The notes under the pieces are model-generated. The model ran no database searches. It worked only from the letters and a program-made list of their open reading frames with translations, and was not told where the DNA came from. The position numbers and the translations under genes are program-made. A stretch of 64,000 nucleotides of DNA from Eledone cirrhosa (lineage: Eukaryota): contig OZ024740.1 in assembly GCA_964016885.1 (NCBI GenBank), forward strand, positions 97,278,001 to 97,342,000. The letters are read 5' to 3'. Positions 56,541-64,000 of this stretch are shown here, piece by piece (position 1 is the first letter of the stretch; each line of letters starts with the position of its first letter).

Positions 56541-59523
56541 AGAATTAAAATACTAGAGTGCGTTGGAGTTAAACACACTCGTCGTATTATAGAAATGGCA
56601 GTATCAGAATATAGCTCAATGTATTATAACAGAGCCGAAATATTTAAAAAAATAAAACAAAGAGGCCTTCAATACATCAATAGTCTTTATTAGCCAACAA
56701 TGTTTCGTCCCATTAATAAGGACTCATCAGGGCAAGCAAAGAGACAAGAAGCATTAACGGCCAGAACAAGCCAAAACTCACAAGAATAGAGAATTTATAT
56801 TTTTGAAAGCTTAGGAGAGATATCAAGGAAAAGCATGCTAAGCCTAAAAGTGTGCAGTTACATATATAGACTATAGGGCATGAAAGCGAGTAACATGTTA
56901 ATCCTACGTTGAAAATACAGTATAATACAATTACATGGAACACAACATGGTAATATAATGTGGGAATTACAATATGATATTGAATACAATACAATGGATA
57001 AGGAATTAAAAGGAATAAAAGGCTTAATATATGTATATATATATATATATATCCATATATATACACATTTACACAAACACATACTAACACTTAAGTATTT
57101 AAATATAGATATACTCGTTATAATATAAAAAAACCTTTATAATAGAATAAACCAATCACCCTGAGGTTGTGCATAAACAATACAGAAAACAATAGAACAA
57201 TATACCGACATCAAAAAACATATAAAACTACATCATACATATTATTTAAGGTTAATAAATTGTATATAAAGTTTTTCACAGGGTAAGACAAAATAACACA
57301 AACATGAAATTAATAATAACATAATTAAAAATAACATAAAAATGAAATTAATAATAAGGTTAATAATAAGGTTAAAAATCAGAAAAAGTAGTCTTAAAGA
57401 GAATAATAAGAGCTTATGGAGGATATGTATATGAAAGTACGTTAATTTTATATGAGCTGGAAAGCAGGTGTGATTTCATGTGTGGGCAACTGGTGAAAAT
57501 TTCTGTCTTTGTGTTTAGGCAGGTCTTTGGTGATTTAAAGTTTTGCAAAATCCAATATTTTTCATTTATGCAGAGCGTGCATTTTCTTGTTCCTCTTGGA
57601 TATTCTTTAGATTGGTTCAAAATTATTGACCAATCCAATTTATATTGGATACCTTGGTCTTTCAAATCCCATATTCTGCTAGCCAGAGCTGTTGTAAATC
57701 TTTTTTCTGGATGTCGAAAGGATGCGACATGTGAGTAATAACGCGTTTTGAATTTGTCTTGCGTCATACCCACATATCGTTCACTGGTGGCTGGCTGGTT
57801 GTTGCTGATGGTTGTCACTTTAGCGGCATATACAATGGCTTTGGTATGCATTTGCCTTGTAATGGGCATTCACTTTTTATTCTACAGGAGCAATTTTGAT
57901 TTTCTCTAGGTGATTTTTTGATGATGATATAGGATTTAATAGGGGGACCGCAGGAGTAGCTAATTTTGACGCAGTTTCTATTAAAGATCTTATAGTATCT
58001 ATGTGTTCTAGGGAAATGTTTATCTAAGAGCTCTATGAATTTTTTGCCTACATTAGTTTTAACTGCTAGCGAGTAGTGGGGGGGGGGGGGGGAACCAGAT
58101 TATTTTTCTTTTCCTGTTTTTATGTTTAATAAAGTTAGTATAGTTGGGTATGTATTTAATCGGTTCGCTAAAACCGCTATTTTGAGGGCTTTATTATAGT
58201 AGAGGGATGCCTTATTGAAAATAGCTTCTGAGGAAGAGAGGGTGGAGATCCTACGGCTAATATTAGGGATAAGGTTTTTAAAAACTATAGGAGGATGGCA
58301 AGAGCCTTTATTTTGATATTTTAAGTTTTCATTAGGTTTAAGGTATGGTTTATAAGAAGCAGTAGGCAAATCTAGGTTTATATCTAGGAAATTTACAATG
58401 GTAAGATTAGTGTCAATAGTAATTTTAAGATTAAAACTAGCAAAGGTTTTTATTAAGTCTTTCCTTAATCTATCTAAGTTATGGCCTATGGTGGTATGGG
58501 AAAGTATTAGACCATCGTCGCGATAAAGCCCAAAAATATGGTTAGGAATTTTTTCTTTAAGTGTGTGTAGGAGGAATAGGCCGACTAAATCACAAACATC
58601 AGCACTGTCATAAGAGCCCATTGAGACATCGAATGGTCTCTCTGGGTTAGATATTTTTACCCAAGTGTCATTATCAGTAAAGAGTAGAGTGTTTCTAGCG
58701 TGCAAGATGACATTCTCTTCAATATCGGAGATATTAGTAAACCTTCTAGCGAAATTTAAAGCTTTCGCTAAAAGGATCTGAGTGATAGATGGGTAGCAAT
58801 CTACAATGTCAAATTGGGTGAATCTAGAACTATTTTTGTTTTTAATTTTATTAAACCAATGTACTACGGAAGAGCTATTTATCCATTCGAGTAATTTAGA
58901 CTTATTTCTAATGTGTGTATTTATATTATTTAAAATTTTTTTGCTGGCAAGACCAATATCAGTCTTAGCAGGGTTGATTAATCTACAACTAGGACGATTA
59001 ATAAAGTCGGGTTTGTGATCTTTAAGGGTGGTGTACGCATTACGTTTAGCAAGTTTTTCTGTCCTATTATCTACTTTTTAAGAAACAGCTAATTCTTTAG
59101 CTTCCTTATTTATATTACGATACGTGTTTATATTAGCTATTTGGTATTTAGAGGTGATATTATCTATTAATAGTTGGTCGTGTAAATTATTGTTAACTTC
59201 ATATAGGTTTTTAGGTTTATCGGAGAAGATGAACTTATTATTAGAAGATTTGAATGTTGAAATATCATTAGATAGTTTAGATTGAAAAGGGTTAGGGTAC
59301 TTACGAAAATTGATATTGTTGATTAGGTTAACTAGGTCTAATTCAAAAGCGGTCATATCTTTTACTCTTTGCGGGTATTTATGAGTTTTGATGTCAAAAT
59401 ATTCCGTAGAATCCGTGTTAAAGTGTCCATCGAGAATCAAAGCTTTCCATCTCATTCTTTTAACAACCTTCTCTACTTTTTCTTTTAACAACCTTCTCTA
59501 CTTTGTCTATCAGCATTTTCGTG
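56541..59523 (-). mobile_element. Naiad-like PLE, nearly complete decayed ORF + hammerhead tail
   Basis: KVEKVVKRMRWKA, TTLKDHK, FDVSMGSYDSADVCDLVG, LYRDDG, NFLDI, CSCR..CPLQGKC, IVY..YVGMT, CTLCINEK, CPH. Confidence 0.88.
56693..56733 (-). ncRNA. Minimal type I hammerhead ribozyme
   Basis: gcc-CUGAUGA-GUCC-uuauuaaug-GGAC-GAAAC-auu-GUU-ggc. Confidence 0.85.
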
Positions 59524-60210
59524 TAGAGCTCTTAGATAAACATTTCCCTAGAACACATAGATACTATGAGATATTTAATAGAAACTGTGTCAAAATTAGC
59601 TACTCCTGCGGTCCCCCTATTAATCCTATATCATCAACAAAAAATCACCGAGAGAAAATCAACATTGCTCCTGTAGAATCGAAAGTGAATGCCCATTACA
59701 AGGCAAATGCAACACCAAAGCATTTGTATATGCGGCTAAAGTGACAACCATCAGCAACAACCAACCAGTGAACGATATGTGGGTATGACGCAAGACAAAT
59801 TCAAAACGCGTTATTTCTCACATGTCGCATCCTTTCGACATCCAGAAAAAAGATTTACAACAGCTCTGGCTAGCAGAATATGGGATTTGAAAGACCAAGG
59901 TATCCAATATAAATTGGATTGGTCAATAATTTTGAATCAATCTAAAGAATATCCAAGAGGAAAAAGAAAATGCACGCTCTGCATAAATGAAAAATATTGG
60001 ATTTTGCAAAACCTTAAATCACCAAAGACCTGCCTAAACACAACGACAGTAATTTTCACCTGTTGCCCATACATGAAAACACACCTGCTTTCCAGCTCAT
60101 ATAAACTTAACACACTTTCAGATACATATCCTCCATAAGCTCTTATCATTCTCTTTAAGACCACCTTTTCTGATTTACTTTCATTTTTAACCTTATTATT
60201 AATTTCATTT
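59524..60210 (+). mobile_element. Inverted duplicate of the GIY-YIG region of the adjacent PLE
   Basis: Reverse complement of ~57340-58034 (GMTQDKFKTRY..YPP*). Confidence 0.88.
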
Positions 60211-60474
60211 TTATTTTTATTTTTTTTATTTTTATTTTATTTTTATTTTTATTTTTATTATTATTTTTTATTTTTATTTTTATTTTTATTTTTATTTTTA
60301 TTTTTATTTTTATTTTTATTTTTATTTTTATTTTTATTTTTATTTTTATTTTTATTTTTATTTTTATTTTTATTTTTATTTTTATTTTTATTTTTATTTT
60401 TATTTTTATTTTTATTTTTATTTTTATTTTTATTTTTATTTTTATTTTTATTTTTATTTTTATTTTTATTTTTA
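60205..60474. repeat. (TTTTTA)n hexanucleotide microsatellite
   Basis: Directly visible. Confidence 0.95.
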
Positions 60475-60889
60475 CTTCACATCCACCACTAATCCCCCCC
60501 CCTTTATTCTCCGATTCACTAACCTAATGTCTTCACTTTCCACTTATTACTTCCCTATTTTCTTCACTACCTGATTACAAAAGTCACTTGCGTTTTCCAC
60601 TCCAGATATTTTCTGTTATTTCGTAGCCAATTTTATATTTTTATATTTGTACTCACTTATTCACAAGGCTGTTTTTATACCCTGTATCTATGTGTCTGAG
60701 CGTCTTTATGTGTTTATACTTTCTGTATATGTACACGAACGCCTCCGTATGTGCGCGCGCGTGCGTGTATATATATATGTGTATGTATGTGTGTTTTTAT
60801 ATCTGTGTTTTTACATCTATGTTTTTTTTCATTCTCATTTTTATGTGTGTGCATGTAAGCGGGTCAAGGTGCGTGAGTGTATGTATGTA

Positions 60890-60925
<36 letters not shown>

Positions 60926-61661
60926 TACTGAATGTATGGATGTGTAAGTGTGCGTATGTATATATGTATGTATATATTTATGTGTGTATGTGTGTGCGCG
61001 TATACAGTCGTGTACGTATGCGTGATTAGATATACATGGGGCGAGGTGTATGTATGTATATATGTGCATCCTGTGTGTGTATGTATACTTGCATACGCTT
61101 TTGTCTGCAGGTTTTGCGTGTATATATATTTTTTTATAGATATACGTTTCTTATAGATATATGTGTGTATGTACGCGTGTACCTTGTTTGTTTTCTTTTC
61201 TTTTCTCTACTTCGCAATTTTTTCTTTCTAAATTATTGTTCCATTTTTATAAATATATCGAGAATGATACTTTCTTTTTACTATTACACTTCCTTACCTC
61301 TTTTTCTTCCGCATATAAGTGTACGCGCGTGTGTGTGTGTTTATACGCGTGCCTTCATATTCTTATAATGTATCTAATACCCTGTTTTTCTGTATACCTG
61401 TCAACCGGACACTCATATCATGTCTGGGTTCGTAGTTACAGATACACAGATATACTTGCCCTCATACATATATACACACACATTTCTACATACATATATA
61501 TGTACATCTGTGAGTGTATATACATACATATACACACACCTAACTATACTTCTTAAATTTTCTTAATATATTTCATATGTCTATTGTATTACCTTTATCT
61601 ATATTTATATAATTATTTTTGCATTTCTTGAGGAGACTCCAAACATTTGGCTATGTTTTAT

Positions 61662-61739
61662 ATTGCCTCGTCCGACGAACGAATGAAGACGTTTCTTTCG
61701 TATTCGCCTTATTCGGGAAACTTCTGGTAATGAGGTAAT
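61662..61739 (+). ncRNA. Hammerhead ribozyme, U4C variant, 10-bp stem I, at the end of a non-coding tail (60475-61770)
   Basis: auugccucgu-CCGACGA-aCGAAUGA...UUAUUCGg-GAAAC-uucug-GUA-augagguaau. Confidence 0.65.
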
Positions 61740-61779
61740 TATATTGTATATTGTATTGTTTTTATACATTATATATATA

Positions 61780-61822
<43 letters not shown>

Positions 61823-62240
61823 GTAGGAGGTGAGTTTTATTGTAGTACAATAAAGCAATGCAGATATCGGATAAGAAGCACTCTACAGTTTGTAGGACTG
61901 GAGTATACATAATATATCAGAACAAAAGATGGTTAAAAGAGTTCCGTGTATTTTATTATGCGCATTTCAAAAACAAATATTATCATGCAATAATATTTGT
62001 GTTTTCATCAGATAAAACAGGAAGACATGATATGAAGGTTAAAAAGCACTTGTGGATAGTGCAGTTTTAAATCAACATATATGTTGATTTAAAACTGCAC
62101 TATCCACAAGTGCTTTTTAACCTTCATATCATGTCTTCCTGTTTTATCTGATGAAAACACAAATATTATTGCATGATAATATTTGTTTTTGAAATGCGCA
62201 TAATAAAATACATGGAACTCTTTTAACCATCTTTTGTTCT
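61823..62240. mobile_element. Solo PLE terminal folded back into a ~320-bp palindrome (family of 25151-29390)
   Basis: 61919-62079 is the reverse complement of 62080-62240; matches 29188-29390 and 25151-25208. Confidence 0.88.
62142..62208 (+). ncRNA. Type I hammerhead ribozyme (mirror copy on minus at 61951-62017)
   Basis: uuuuau-CUGAUGA-aaacACAAAUAUUAU..AUAAUAUUUGUuuuu-GAAA-ugcgc-AUA-auaaaa. Confidence 0.75.
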
Positions 62241-63177
<937 letters not shown>

Positions 63178-63960
63178 CGATATTAAACAAATGGAAACTA
63201 TATTTATAAAACCATATTTATTTCATTATACATAATTCAGGGATACCATATTAAAAATATGGCATGCCTTCGTCAGATAAAATACAATATATAAACAGTT
63301 TTATAAATAATTTTGACGTACCATAATATAAGCGACCATTAAATTAGGAGGCCACCTTGGTAGCGAAGTGTTTATAATTATTTAGTTATAGTGTTAAGCA
63401 CAGTTAGAAAAAAGACGGAGCAAAAGAAGAAAGGAGGTAAGGAAAAACAGAGAGAGAGAGGGGAGAGAGAAAGAAGGAGGAGGTTGAAAAAGAGACGCAA
63501 CCGAAAGCAACAGATAAATAATAATAATTCACCATACAAATAGAGAGATTCAAGAGAGAGGGAGTACTATATATATAGAGAGAGTACAGTAATTATGTAG
63601 TTATAGTGTTAAGCACAGTTAGAGAAAAGACGGAGAAAAAGAAAAAATGGAGATAAAGAGAAAACTGAGAGAGAGAGGGGGAGGAAAAGAAAGAGAGAGA
63701 GAAAATATAACTAGATAGGGGGAAGTGAAAAACCAAGAGAGAAATAAGAGAGAAATATGAGAGTCAAAACCAAAGCGACAGATACATAATACTTCATCAT
63801 ATATAAAGAGACAGGAGAAAGAGCAATATATATAGAGAGAAGGATACAGTTACATCTTTACGTCATGACATATCAATTTGAATTATCAATTCACATGAAA
63901 TGGATAATAGAATGTAAATATCAAAATTCATGAATGAGACATAGATATATAATATGAGAA
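63178..63960 (-). mobile_element. PLE-type non-coding tail with degenerate hammerhead (GAAU for GAAA), homologous to 54625-54900
   Basis: CUGACGA-AGGCAUGCCAUAUU..AAUAUGGUAUCCCU-GAAU; internal duplication of AGTTATAGTGTTAAGCACAGTTAGA at ~63384 and ~63599. Confidence 0.55.
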
Positions 63961-63978
63961 AATAACTGTGTTCAATAA

Positions 63979-64000
63979 TTGTTTCTACTATTGGCACAAG
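63979..64000 (-). mobile_element. 3' end of a tRNA-SINE running off the window
   Basis: TTGTTTCTACTATTGGCACAAG matches the SINE 3' end. Confidence 0.6.

Overview
AT-rich, repeat-saturated animal genomic DNA, most consistent with an octopod cephalopod (inferred from the SINE and LINE repertoire). No host protein-coding gene could be supported. 1-16 kb: decayed L1/Tx1-clade LINEs, two R4/Dong-like restriction-like-endonuclease LINEs, tRNA-derived SINEs and an old RTE fragment around trinucleotide microsatellites. 16.7-64 kb: a (TA)n microsatellite field holding an RTE, a CR1-group LINE, two Helitrons and many Penelope-like elements (PLEs: Naiad-like and Neptune-like, one nearly full-length with ~1.5-kb pseudo-LTRs). 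The most notable signal is about 10 distinct families (about 20 copies) of type I hammerhead ribozyme motifs. These include two unrelated families with a compensatory U3-A8 core (UUGAAAA), versions with very long stem II, and U4 variants. Many sit in non-coding retrozyme-like units or fold-back palindromes, and one PLE has a twin-priming-like inversion. All structures were read by eye and need computational and biochemical confirmation.
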